This document shows, piece by piece, positions 10,585-20,033 of a stretch of DNA of 64,000 bases (positions within the stretch are counted from its first letter, which is position 1; each line of letters begins with the position of its first letter). A model generated the notes under the pieces. That model did not search any database, had not been told where the DNA came from, and worked only from the letters and a program-made list of their open reading frames with translations. The stretch is taken from NCBI GenBank assembly GCA_963813155.1, contig CAWEYG010000003.1, forward strand, positions 128,001-192,000, given 5' to 3'. Position numbers and translations under genes: made by a program. The DNA is from an uncultured Acidobacteriota bacterium. GTDB taxonomy: Bacteria; Acidobacteriota; Thermoanaerobaculia; UBA5066; DATFVB01.

Positions 10585-13351
10585 TCCGGACCGGCACGGA
10601 CCGCCGCGGTGCTCGCGGCTATGCTCGCGGCCCTGGCCGGGACGCCTCGGCGCGGAGCCGATCCATCTGGCCTATACGAAACGTGTCCTCGACAACGGGT
10701 TGACGGTCATCCTCCACGAGGACCACCGCCTCCCCCTCGCGGCCGTCAACATCCTGTATCGCGTGGGCTCGTCGAGGGAGAGGCCCGGGCGCAGCGGGTT
10801 CGCCCACCTGTTCGAGCACCTCATGTTCACCGGCTCCAGCCACGTCGCGAACGGCGTGTTCGACCGTCTGCTCGAGGCCGCGGGCGGAGAGAACAACGCG
10901 AACACGGAAACGGAGGACACGGACTATTACGAGCTGCTGCCGTCGAACGCCCTCGAGCTGCCGCTCTACCTCGACGCGGACCGGATGGCGACGCTCGGCG
11001 AGTCGATCACGCAGGAGAAGTTCGAGACCCAGCGGTCGGTCGTCGAGAACGAGAGGCGCGAAGAGATCGACAACCGGCCGTACGGCACGACGCGAAGAGA
11101 CGCTCCTCGCGAACCTGTTTCCTCCGGGGCATCCGTACCATCTTCCCGTCGTCGGGACGATGAAGGACCTCGACGCCGCGACTCTCAAGGACGTGCGGGA
11201 GTTCTTCGCGGAGTTCTACACGCCGAACGACGCGATCCTGTCGATTGCGGGGGACTTCGACTCGGCCCGGGTCGGAGCGCTCGTCGACAGGTACTTCGGA
11301 TCGATCCCGAGAGGCCCCGACTCCGCCCCCTTGCGGCCGGCCGCCGTGCGGGTCCCGCGGGAAATTCGCCTTCGGGTCGAGGACCGCGTGGAGCTTCCCC
11401 GGCTCACGCTCGCATGGGTGACCCCCGCCGAGCTCCAGCCCGGGGACGCCGCGCTCGACGCGCTTTCCCTCGTGCTCAGCGGAGACAAGACGTCCCGGTT
11501 GTACAGGAAGCTCGTCTACGACCTGCAGATCGCGCAGGACGTGTCCGCCCAGCAGCAGTCCCGCTCTCTCGCGTCGATCTTCACGATCTCCGTCACCGCG
11601 CGCGCGGGTCATTCCCTCGCGGAGATCGAGCCGGTCGTCGAGCGCGAGCTCGAGCGCCTGCGGTCCGAGCCGCCGTCGGCCGAGGAGCTGCAGCGCGCCC
11701 GCGCCGGCATCGAGGCGAGCTTCCTTCACCGGCTCCTGAGAGGTCGGCGGAATCGCGAGCCAGCTCGCGGTCTACGAGGCGACGCGGGCGAGCCGGATTT
11801 CTTTCAGAAGGACCTCGACCGTTACGAGTCGCTGAAGCCGGAGGACGTGCGCGACGCCGCGCGCCTGCTCGGTGACGATCACCGCGTCGTGCTGTCCGTC
11901 GTTCCCCGCGGCAAACTCGACCTCGCTTCGTGGGAAATGCCGCGGGAGCGCGGGAAAGCGGCGGCGGTTCCGGCCGTCGACTGGGCGTCAGTCCCGACCA
12001 CCGGCTCGCCGAAGGACGTGCGGCTTCCTCCGGTTCGCCGGACGAAGCTCAAGAACGGGCTCTCGGTCTGGGTCCTCGAGCAGCACGGGCTTCCCGTCGT
12101 CCGAGCCGACCTCATCGTCCCTTCGGGATCCGCCGACGACCCGGGGCGGAAGCCGGCCTCGCGCGCATGACCGCGGCGATGCTTTCGCGCGGGACCGATT
12201 CGCGCGACGCGCTGGAGATCTCGGGACAGGCGAGCCTCCTCGGCGCCGAGCTGGGCGCCGGCGCGGGGTGGGATTCGTCGTTTGTTTCGCTCGACGTCCC
12301 GGCGGCGGGATGGGGCAAGGGGCTCGACTTGCTGGCCGACGTCGCGCTCCACCCCAGCTTCCGGGAGACCGAGCTGCAACGCGCGAAAAAAGAGATCGAC
12401 GGCGCGATTCAGCAGGCGCTCTCGGAGCCCGACGCGGTGGCGGGAGCGGTCTTCGAGCGGGCGCTCTACGGCCGGACCCATCCGTACGGGCGTCCGGGCG
12501 AAGGCGTTCTCCGTTCGATCGGGAGGATCGGGACGCGCGACCTGCGGTCGTTCTACCGGCGAGCGTTCGACCCCCGCCGCTCCGTCCTGATCGTCTCCGG
12601 CGACGTGCGGGCCGACGCGGCGATCGAGGAGATCGAGAAGCGATTCGGAACGTGGAACGGGGAAGGCTCCGCCGCGGCGCCGCTTCCGAAACCGCCGGGA
12701 CCCGCTCGCCGCCTCGTTCTCGTCGACAAGCCGGGCGCGGCCCAGTCCGTCGTGCAGGTCGGAAAGGTCGGCGTCGCGCGCTCCACGCCCGACTATTTCG
12801 CGATCGAAGTGATGAACACCGTACTCGGCGGTCCGTTCACGTCGCGGCTGAACCAGAACCTGCGCGAGGCGCACGGCTACGCGTACGGCGCGTTCTCCGG
12901 CTTCGAGATGCGGCGGGGCGCCGGCCCGTTCGTCGCGGAAGCGGCGGTGCAGACCGATTCCACCGCGCCGGCTCTCCGGGAGATGCTCTCGGAGCTGACA
13001 CGGATCGCGTCGGAAGAGGTCTCCGCCACGGAGCTTCAAAAGGCGAAGAACTACCTCGCGCTGTCGTTTCCGCAGACGCTCGAGACCCCCGGCGATCTCG
13101 CTCGCCGCCTCGCGGCGGGCTTCGTGTACGGCCTGCCGGACGACTACGACGATCGTTTCGTCGCGAGCGTCGAGGCGGTGACCGCGGAGGACGTGTTCCG
13201 GGTCGCGAAGGAAACGCTCGGCGGCGATTTTACGATCGTCGTCGTCGGCGACGTCGCGAAGATCCGCCCGGAAATCGAGAAGCTCAAGCTGGGGACGATC
13301 GAGCTCGCGAAGTACGACCCCGCGACGGGAAACGTCGTCCCGGGGAAGTGA
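10581..13351 (+). CDS. M16 family zinc protease, multi-domain (several frameshifts)
   Basis: HLFEHLMF (HxxEH) motif, NGLTVILHEDH, second LKNGLSV repeat, SRLNQNLREAHGYAYG; spread over ORFs 10700, 11160 and 11930; start approximate. Confidence 0.88.
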
Positions 13352-13450
13352 CCGAAGGTCATTCCCGCGAACGCGGAAATCGCTCGGGGGTGGGCGCAGG
13401 GAGTCCTAAATCGAGCATTCGCGCATTCAAACAATTTCCCCCTTTGTCGC

Positions 13451-13472
13451 GCCGAAGCTTTAGCGAAGGCGG
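13451..13472. repeat. Short REP-like palindrome at the left edge of accessory region 1
   Basis: GCCGAAGCTTTAGCGAAGGCGG; nearby GTCATTCCCGCGAACGCGGAAATC (~13358-13381) is also REP-like. Confidence 0.35.
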
Positions 13473-13689
13473 ATGTCCCCTTTTCGCGGGTCGCGCGATG
13501 TGCAGGGGAGAGGGGTATGATTTTCGAACAAATGCCCATCGATGTCGCCCGCCTAACGCGGATCGTCTTAGGCCGACGATTCGGTTGCCAGGTTGTTGGC
13601 TCTTGGAGAGTGGGAGGCCGTTTTGTTCCGCCTATCGCGACAGACCCGCTTCCGCCTAATCACATGCTGGGCGTTTCAGCGAGCATTTC

Positions 13690-14061
13690 GTGAACGACGC
13701 CGTTCTCGAAATGTCCTTGGTACTCGTTGTGTCGGTCGCTGCCTACTTAGGTTGGGTCGCCTGTCGGTCAGAGCGTCCCGTCTGGACTGCTCGCAGTGTC
13801 GTCCTATCGTTGCTGACCGTAATCAATGTCCTGTGCGCGGCAGTGTCATTCCTGGGAATCTATGCTCTGGCGAACTTTGCAGCTGGCCTCAAAGCGTCGT
13901 GGTCAGATTGTCTCGTCGGTGGTAGCGTTCTGGCCGTCGTAGCTACCGTACTCGCCCTTCGAAGGCCGCGGCGTGACCTAATCGTGGCCCTAAACGGGGC
14001 GTTGATCGGGCTCTTCGGTCTAGCGTGGCTGATTCTGATCGCAACGTCGGTCCGCAGATGA
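13690..14061 (+). CDS. Cassette-like small membrane protein
   Basis: Four hydrophobic segments, lower GC, followed by an attC-like site. Confidence 0.7.
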   Translation: MNDAVLEMSLVLVVSVAAYLGWVACRSERPVWTARSVVLSLLTVINVLCAAVSFLGIYALANFAAGLKASWSDCLVGGSVLAVVATVLALRRPRRDLIVALNGALIGLFGLAWLILIATSVRR

Positions 14062-14080
14062 GCGAGCAGAGGGTCGAAAC

Positions 14081-14156
14081 GCCCAACATGTCGCGGCAGC
14101 GGACTTCAGCCCGCCGCGTTGCGCCGGGCTTCGCCGCTGAGCTCAAGGCGTTACCT
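14081..14156 (+). repeat. attC-like site
   Basis: GCCCAAC..GCAGCGGAC..hairpin..GCCGCTGAGC..GTTACCT. Confidence 0.8.
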
Positions 14157-14172
14157 GTGCGAGGAGCGTGAG

Positions 14173-14646
14173 TTGTTGCGGCAGAGTTGGAAGCTTCGTT
14201 GGTGGCCCCTACTCTGGTCGATCGCGATGGCCTTCTGTACGACGGTTCTCGGGGTAGGCCTCTGGATGGCAGCGTTGGGGCCCGTTGGCCGTGTTCACGG
14301 CGCGCTCATGTTCGTCACCCTACCATTCGTCACCCTTGGGTTTGCGGTAGGTGAGCTGCCGTCCAGGTCGGCCCTCGGGTCCGGAATCCTTCTAATCGGC
14401 GGGTTCGTTTTCTGGGCCGGCACTTCGTATGCCATTCTTCACTTGGCCAGCGGCCCGGTTAAGAGTGAAAGTGCGCACAGCCAACATCGGTATCTGGACT
14501 CCTCCTGCAAGAGGGCGAAGCGCGGGCTCGGGAAGAGGGTTCGACGGGTTGTGAAGAGCGCAGTTGGTGAGTCGAGGATGTCAGGTCGAGACAGCGATCG
14601 TATCTACGGCCTCTTTGTGGAGTCGCGTTGGCGCTCCGGGCCATGA
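14173..14646 (+). CDS. Cassette-like membrane protein (3' end now reads into the IS)
   Basis: GAGGAG RBS plus TTG just after attC; three hydrophobic segments ending before 14480. Confidence 0.55.
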   Translation: MLRQSWKLRWWPLLWSIAMAFCTTVLGVGLWMAALGPVGRVHGALMFVTLPFVTLGFAVGELPSRSALGSGILLIGGFVFWAGTSYAILHLASGPVKSESAHSQHRYLDSSCKRAKRGLGKRVRRVVKSAVGESRMSGRDSDRIYGLFVESRWRSGP

Positions 14647-14760
14647 TGGGAGCCGCACACGGGGAGCCAATCATTGACAGCGGCTTCTGAGAGCCACCGA
14701 TGTTGTCGGCTTGTCCCCGTGTCGGTCCGACCGAAACCATCATCGAGATCTGATGCGCGT
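14590..14760 (-). ncRNA. Predicted bridge/seek RNA of the IS1111 element (boundaries approximate)
   Basis: Two stem/internal-loop/hairpin modules whose loops match the target flanks and the IS ends. Confidence 0.75.
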
Positions 14761-14785
14761 TCACAGGAAGGTCGTGGTCCTTTCC

Positions 14786-15820
14786 TTAATTGCAGGGGCT
14801 CAGGCTTCGGGGTTCGTAGACAGTGTTTCGTGACCAGACGGCCCAGGCGACGCGAGCGAGCTTGTTGGCAAGGGCGGTGGCGGTGCGGTTGTGACCGCGG
14901 CGTTTCTCGACTTCGAGGGCCCAGGACTGGATGCGATCGGGGTTTTTGGAGCGTTTGGCGGCGAGAAGGACGGATCGCGCTCCGTGGATGAGAAGAGTTC
15001 GCAGGTAGGAGTCGCCGCGTTTGGTAATGGCGCCCAGATGGCGATTGTTACCGCTGGAGAACTCTTTGGGGACCAGGCCGAGGAAGCAAGAGAGCCGCCG
15101 GCTCGAGCGGAAGCGGGAGGCCGAGCCGACAAAACCGAGCAAGGCGGTGGAAGTCAGGAGCCCGATGCCGGGGATCGATTGAAGGCTTTTCGCTGCGTCA
15201 ATGTCCTTCGAGATCACCGCGAGCCGGCGATCCCCCATCCGAATGTTTTCCGTAAGCTTTCGGACCTCGTCGCAGAAGGCCAGAAGGATCGGATGAAGGT
15301 CTTTGGGTATGGCATCGGAGGCCAGCGCCTCGGAGACGGCGGGCAGGACGTATCGAGATCCCTGCGGGATGGTGACGCCGAGCTCGCGCAGGATGCCGCG
15401 CAGGATATTCAACCGAGCCGTGCGTGTGGTGATCCACGCGGAGCGCGAAGAGTGGAGAGCGGTCAGGACATGCTGGCCCACTGTTTTGACCGGCACGGGG
15501 AGGATCTGGTTGTTGCGCCCGGCTTCCAGCAAAGCATCGGCGTCGGCACGGTCGGTCTTGTTGCCGAGGCGATAACGGCGGACGTGGTGAGGAGGAAGAA
15601 GCACGACCTCATGGCCGAGGCCCTGGATCTCTCTTGCCCAGTGGTGTGCCGATCCGCAGGCTTCCATCAGAACCTTAGCCGAGGGTTGGTTAGAGAAGAA
15701 AGAGATCATCTGGCTTCTGGTCAGCCGGCGTCTCTGGCAGACGCGCCCCGGTTGCTTCGAGACGGCGATTTCGAAGACGGACTTCGCAAGATCAACGGCA
15801 ATGGTCGTAGAATCACTCAC
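14786..15820 (-). CDS. IS110-family recombinase/transposase
   Basis: DEDD RuvC-like residues (AVDLAK, MEAC, KTDRADA); IPGIG, GLVPKEFSSG, LIHGARS, ALANKLAR. Confidence 0.97.
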   Translation of the reverse strand: MSDSTTIAVDLAKSVFEIAVSKQPGRVCQRRRLTRSQMISFFSNQPSAKVLMEACGSAHHWAREIQGLGHEVVLLPPHHVRRYRLGNKTDRADADALLEAGRNNQILPVPVKTVGQHVLTALHSSRSAWITTRTARLNILRGILRELGVTIPQGSRYVLPAVSEALASDAIPKDLHPILLAFCDEVRKLTENIRMGDRRLAVISKDIDAAKSLQSIPGIGLLTSTALLGFVGSASRFRSSRRLSCFLGLVPKEFSSGNNRHLGAITKRGDSYLRTLLIHGARSVLLAAKRSKNPDRIQSWALEVEKRRGHNRTATALANKLARVAWAVWSRNTVYEPRSLSPCN

Positions 15821-15976
15821 GGACTTCTCCTTTCATGAAGCTGACCGATCAACCCGGAACAGCCTGGCACAACGATGCCGCACCATGCGGGGAGGAGTCC
15901 ATCTCATCATTGCAGCGGGCGGCGGGCCTGCGGATTGCCGTAGCTAAAGCCGGGTCGTCGAGCACCTGAGCAAGAG

Positions 15977-16714
15977 ATGTCAGTTCGTCAGTGGCTCTCT
16001 CGAATACCCCGAAGCGCACGGATTGGCGCGGGCGTGACATGTGCAATTGTTCTTCTGCCGCTTGGGGCATTTCTCATGTACGCGGGGTTGGCTATTGGCA
16101 ATGATTTGGCAGACAGGGGGCGATCAACGGGAATTCTCGGAATGCAGGAGCTCTGGCCGTTCCTCGGCCTCACACTCTATGCCCTCGTGATCGTCGCGAC
16201 GCCGGTGTCTGTCGGCGGCCTGATCGGCTGGGGGATCGATCGAGCGTTCAAGGCCGCGCGAGGCAGGGAGACGCGTAAGCAGAAACGTGGCCGGTGTCCG
16301 GTGTGCGCCCACGAATTTGACTATTACCTCGTGCATGACGGCTTCAGCGACACGGCACACGCATACTGCGATCGCTGTGGCGCGACGGCCCTTCTGGATA
16401 TGTGGTTCCCACGCATTCCACCCGCCGCGGATCTAAGGGTTCACCAAGCCATCTCAAAGGCGGTCGAGCCATGGCTGTCGCCGTGCCAGTGCGGAGGCAC
16501 CTTTCGCGCTGACGCCTCTCCTCGGTGTCCAACGTGTGGCGCACCGTTGGGGGCCGAAGAATGCAGAGGTTTTATCGAGCGCAATGCCGAAGGAACAAAG
16601 AAGGGGTGGCGGTGGCAGGGCAAATGGGTGGCAACCTACGCGATCGTCGTGGCGAACCGTGTCGTCTATGACAATTGGATTACCGAGAGCGTGGCACATG
16701 GCTCGAAGGCATAA
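15977..16714 (+). CDS. Cassette-like hypothetical protein: TM N-terminus plus Cys-rich (several CxxC) C-terminus
   Basis: TAA stop lies inside the R'' box of the next attC. Confidence 0.7.
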   Translation: MSVRQWLSRIPRSARIGAGVTCAIVLLPLGAFLMYAGLAIGNDLADRGRSTGILGMQELWPFLGLTLYALVIVATPVSVGGLIGWGIDRAFKAARGRETRKQKRGRCPVCAHEFDYYLVHDGFSDTAHAYCDRCGATALLDMWFPRIPPAADLRVHQAISKAVEPWLSPCQCGGTFRADASPRCPTCGAPLGAEECRGFIERNAEGTKKGWRWQGKWVATYAIVVANRVVYDNWITESVAHGSKA

Positions 16715-16769
16715 CACCGGCGTGCAGCGGGTTTCGCTACGCTCGCCGCTGATGCGCAAGTCGTTAGGC
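16709..16769 (+). repeat. attC-like site (61 bp, near-canonical)
   Basis: GCATAAC..GCAGCGG..GCCGCTGA..GTTAGGC. Confidence 0.88.
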
Positions 16770-16809
16770 AGTCAACGCAGGTCCAAACAGCTGAAAAGGA
16801 GTGCGCCCC

Positions 16810-17187
16810 ATGAAGCATAACGATCTCTTGAGTTTGACGTCGATACTCTCCGTGCTTCTGCTTGCCCTGCATATTTCGCAGGACATCGTCTTCGGGTTCG
16901 ACCGCGCAGGGCTCAATCATCTTGTCGGCGTTGCGATCTTGGTCGTCGTTGTCTGCGGCGCCGTGCTGCTCCGAGAACGGCGATTGGGCAAGGTGATCAT
17001 GCTGCTTGGCGGCGTGATGGCCGTCGGGATGCTGCCTCTGCACATGCGGAATGGATTGCGCCCGGAGTTTCTCGAGAAGAGCGGCGCCCTGCTGTTCATC
17101 TGGACGCTCTATGTCCTCGGAGTCATCGGCGCGTTCTCGATTATCCTGGCGATCCAGGCGTTGTTCGCTCGGCGGATCGCTTCGTGA
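16810..17187 (+). CDS. Cassette-like 4-TM membrane protein
   Basis: AAAGGAG RBS; hydrophobic ORF between two attC-like sites. Confidence 0.8.
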   Translation: MKHNDLLSLTSILSVLLLALHISQDIVFGFDRAGLNHLVGVAILVVVVCGAVLLRERRLGKVIMLLGGVMAVGMLPLHMRNGLRPEFLEKSGALLFIWTLYVLGVIGAFSIILAIQALFARRIAS

Positions 17188-17250
17188 AGAACCGCTTGCA
17201 GCGGACGTCGCGCCTGCGGCCTTGCCGCCCCTGAAGCCGGGCCGTTAGCC
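17184..17250 (+). repeat. attC-like site (degenerate R'')
   Basis: CTTGCAGCGGACGTCGCGCCTGCGGCCTTGCCG..CTGAAGCCGGGCCGTTAGCC. Confidence 0.78.
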
Positions 17251-17256
17251 CTCTTG

Positions 17257-17862
17257 ATGCATCGTCATCCAGCGTTTCGTTCTCGCCCTGCGCTCGCCCA
17301 GTTCGCCAAGAGTGGTTCATGGGAGACCGCTTTTTCCTTTGATCATCTGTGCGTCCCGACGCAGGCCGCATTGCTGGCGTTTCTCGATTCCACGGACGAA
17401 GTCGCCTTCGAGGTCTTCTTCGGTGATGCCTTCTTTGGCGTGCGCCTCGAAGGCCATGCAAGCCTCGTCGCTCAATTGTCGAGCGCCTGTGTCGAGGCAT
17501 TTTCCAGTTCACTCGATGGCACGACGTTCTTCGAGAGCCTTCAAGACGCTGGTGGCTGGAAAGGCCTTGGTCATACGATTTCATTCACAGAAATTGGCGC
17601 CGTAAACGCCTGGCGCTCCGTGGGCTCATTCCGCATGCCGCCGCCTGACCAGGCGCTACTCCATCTGCAGGAGCTATGGCCGCTCATATCCAGTACGCCA
17701 CTCGCCCACGACATCGACCACAAGAAAGCTCTCGAGTTCGCATATGAGCATCCCGTCAAGCATTGGTTTGCGCTGCCAGTCAGCCGATCCATTGCACCGC
17801 TCACCATTTCACACGCGATGCTCCGGCAGGCTCTTGAATCCGTCCTTCACCGAGAGGGCTAA
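17257..17862 (+). CDS. Cassette-like hypothetical protein
   Basis: Starts 7 bp after attC R'; stop lies in a half attC (GGCTAATCCTTCCTTCAAGCGGAC, 17857-17880). Confidence 0.7.
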   Translation: MHRHPAFRSRPALAQFAKSGSWETAFSFDHLCVPTQAALLAFLDSTDEVAFEVFFGDAFFGVRLEGHASLVAQLSSACVEAFSSSLDGTTFFESLQDAGGWKGLGHTISFTEIGAVNAWRSVGSFRMPPPDQALLHLQELWPLISSTPLAHDIDHKKALEFAYEHPVKHWFALPVSRSIAPLTISHAMLRQALESVLHREG

Positions 17863-17912
17863 TCCTTCCTTCAAGCGGACGTGCGCGCCGAGGCTATCGC
17901 CCCCGGCGGACG

Positions 17913-18131
17913 TCAGGCGGCCGGTGTCGGCGTGTTCTCGGGGGCCGGGGCGGGCGGGGGAGGCGCGGGCGGAGCGGCCGGCGGACGCTTCGCCGCGTCG
18001 TCCTCGAATTCGGTCTTGCAGAAACAGCACTTGACCTTCGCGCCCGGGAGCGACTCGGGCCGCCAGTACGGGAACTTCTTCTTGCAAGACGGGCAGCGGA
18101 ACGTTTCGCGTTTGCCTTCGATTCCGTTCAT
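17913..18131 (-). CDS. Small zinc-ribbon protein with Pro-rich tail
   Basis: CPSC..CCFC; backbone-like codon usage. Confidence 0.7.
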   Translation of the reverse strand: MNGIEGKRETFRCPSCKKKFPYWRPESLPGAKVKCCFCKTEFEDDAAKRPPAAPPAPPPPAPAPENTPTPAA

Positions 18132-18163
18132 CGAGGCTGATCGTAGCACTACAATTGGCCGCG

Positions 18164-19632
18164 ATGAAGCGCCTCCTGATCGCGAATCGAGGAGAGATCG
18201 CCGTGCGGATCGCGCGGACGGCGCGGGAGCGCGGCGTCGAGACCGTCGCGGTGTATTCGACGGCCGACCGCGAAGCGCCGCACGCGCTCGCGTGCGATTT
18301 CGCCGTCGAGATCGGTCCGCCTCGAGCCTCGGAGTCGTACCTGTCTTTCGAGAAGATCCTGGATGCCGCGCGCCGCACGAAGGCCGACGCGATTCACCCG
18401 GGCTACGGCTTTCTGTCGGAGAACGCGGACTTCGCGGAGGCGGTCGGGTCGGCCGGGCTCACGTGGGTCGGCCCCGACCCGGCGTCGATGCGGGTCATGG
18501 GCGACAAGATCTCCGCCCGGGAGGCCATGCTTCGCGCGGGAGTGCCGGTCGTTCCCGGTTACCAGAGCCCGAACGCGACGGATTCGGATCTGGCGGCGGC
18601 GGCCGGAAGAGTCGGCTTTCCGCTCTTCGTGAAGGCGAGCGCCGGAGGCGGAGGAAAAGGGATGCGCCGGGTCGCGAGCCGCGAGGAGCTCCCGGCCGCG
18701 ATCGAAGCGGCGCGCCGGGAAGCCGTCGCGGCGTTCGGGCGGGGAGACGTGTATCTCGAGAAGGAGATCGAAGGGCCCCGCCACGTGGAATTCCAGATTT
18801 TCGGCGACCGGCGCGGCACCGTCGTCGCGCTCGCGGAGCGCGAGTGCTCGATCCAGAGACGGCACCAGAAGATCGTCGAGGAAGCGCCCTGCGCCGCTCT
18901 CGACGCCGGCCTCGAAAGAGAATGGCCGAAGCGGCCGCCGCCGCAGGCCGATCCGTGTCGTATGTAGGGGCGGGGACGGTCGAGTTTCTGCTCGACCGGA
19001 AGAAAGAGTTCTCGTTCCTCGAGATGAACACGCGCCTGCAGGTCGAGCATCCGATCACGGAGGAGACGCTCGGCATCGATCTCGTCGCCGCGCAGCTTTC
19101 GGTCGCCGACGGAGAACCGCTTCCGCCGGCATGGGAGGGCGTCGTTCCCCGAGGCCATTCCCTCGAATGCCGGGTCTCCGCCGAGGACCCCGAGACGTTC
19201 CTGCCCCGGACGGGCGACGTGCTCGCGTACGAGGAGCCGTCCGGGCCCGGAGTCCGCGTCGACTCGGGAATCGCGGAGGGGTCGGCCGTGGGCATCCACT
19301 ACGACCCGCTCCTGGCGAAGGTGATCGTTCGCGCCGAGACCCGGGGCCGCGCGATCGCGCGGATGCAGCGGGCGCTTCGAAGTTACGTGATCCTCGGCGT
19401 CGAAACGAATCTCCCGCTTCTCCGGCGCATCCTCGAGTCGGAAGAGTTTGCGTCGGGGGCGATCGACACGGCGTTCCTCTCCCGGCTGCCCCCGGCCGCG
19501 CCGCGCCCGGCCCCGCCCCCGGCGGCCGCCGCGGCGGCAAAGATCGCCGAGCAAGCGAATCCGGGAAAGTTCCGAAAGCCGGCATCCCGCCCCGATCCGT
19601 GGGCGCGCGGATCCGGCTGGAGGCTCCGATGA
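18164..19632 (+). CDS. mccA: Biotin carboxylase, methylcrotonyl-CoA carboxylase alpha-like (frameshift near 18915)
   Basis: LIANRGEIA, HPGYGFLSEN, GGGGKGMR, RECSIQRRHQK; second frame FLEMNTRLQVEHP, YDPLLAK. Confidence 0.92.
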
Positions 19633-20033
19633 AGGAGTCGCCCGAAGGCGAGGCGATTCTCGTCGCGGGAAAGGTCCGCGCCCTCGACTTCGGAGGGCGA
19701 AGAGTGGCCGTGCGCGCGGTCGCGTCTCGCGGCGGCGTGCTCGTCTGGTGCGAAGGGGAGACGTATGCGTTCGGCGCGGCATCCGCGACGAGCGCGAGAC
19801 CCCGAGCGGCATCCGAGGAATCGGGCCTGAGGGCTCCGATGCCGGGCAAGATCCTCCGGGCGCTCGTCCGCGAGGGGGACGAGGTGGCGCGCGGCGCGAC
19901 GCTTCTCGTTCTCGAGGCGATGAAGATGGAGCACGAGATCAAGGCTCCGCGGGACGGCCGGGTCGCGCGGTTGCCGTTTCGCGAGGGCGACCAGGTAGAG
20001 TCGGGCGCGAAACTCGTCGAATTCGCGCCATAA
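19629..20033 (+). CDS. Biotin carboxyl carrier protein
   Basis: APMPGKI, EAMKME. Confidence 0.92.
   Translation: MKESPEGEAILVAGKVRALDFGGRRVAVRAVASRGGVLVWCEGETYAFGAASATSARPRAASEESGLRAPMPGKILRALVREGDEVARGATLLVLEAMKMEHEIKAPRDGRVARLPFREGDQVESGAKLVEFAP

Larger units (their letters stand above)
14492..15909 (-). mobile_element. IS1111-type element (IS110 family); ends accurate to about 2 bp
   Basis: Sub-terminal inverted repeats TGGACTCCTCC (14495-14505) and GGAGGAGTCCA (15891-15901); no TSD; ~295-bp non-coding region downstream of the transposase. Confidence 0.92.
14479..15965 (+). repeat. attC-like site split by the IS (left part 14479-14491, right part 15910-15965)
   Basis: Removing the IS gives AGCCAACATCGGT+TTGCAGCGGGCGGCGGGCCTGCGG..TAAAGCCGGGTCGTCG, which aligns with the reverse complement of 55929-55992. 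Confidence 0.8.

Noticed and set aside
13551-13620. GCCTAAC..TTAGGC..GTTGGC as an attC or attI at the head of array 1
   Set aside because: Lacks the internal GCAGCGG/CCGCTG arms and convincing pairing; cannot be supported
14674-15838. Plus-strand ORFs 14674-14991 and 14891-15838
   Set aside because: Antisense to the IS110 transposase and its non-coding region
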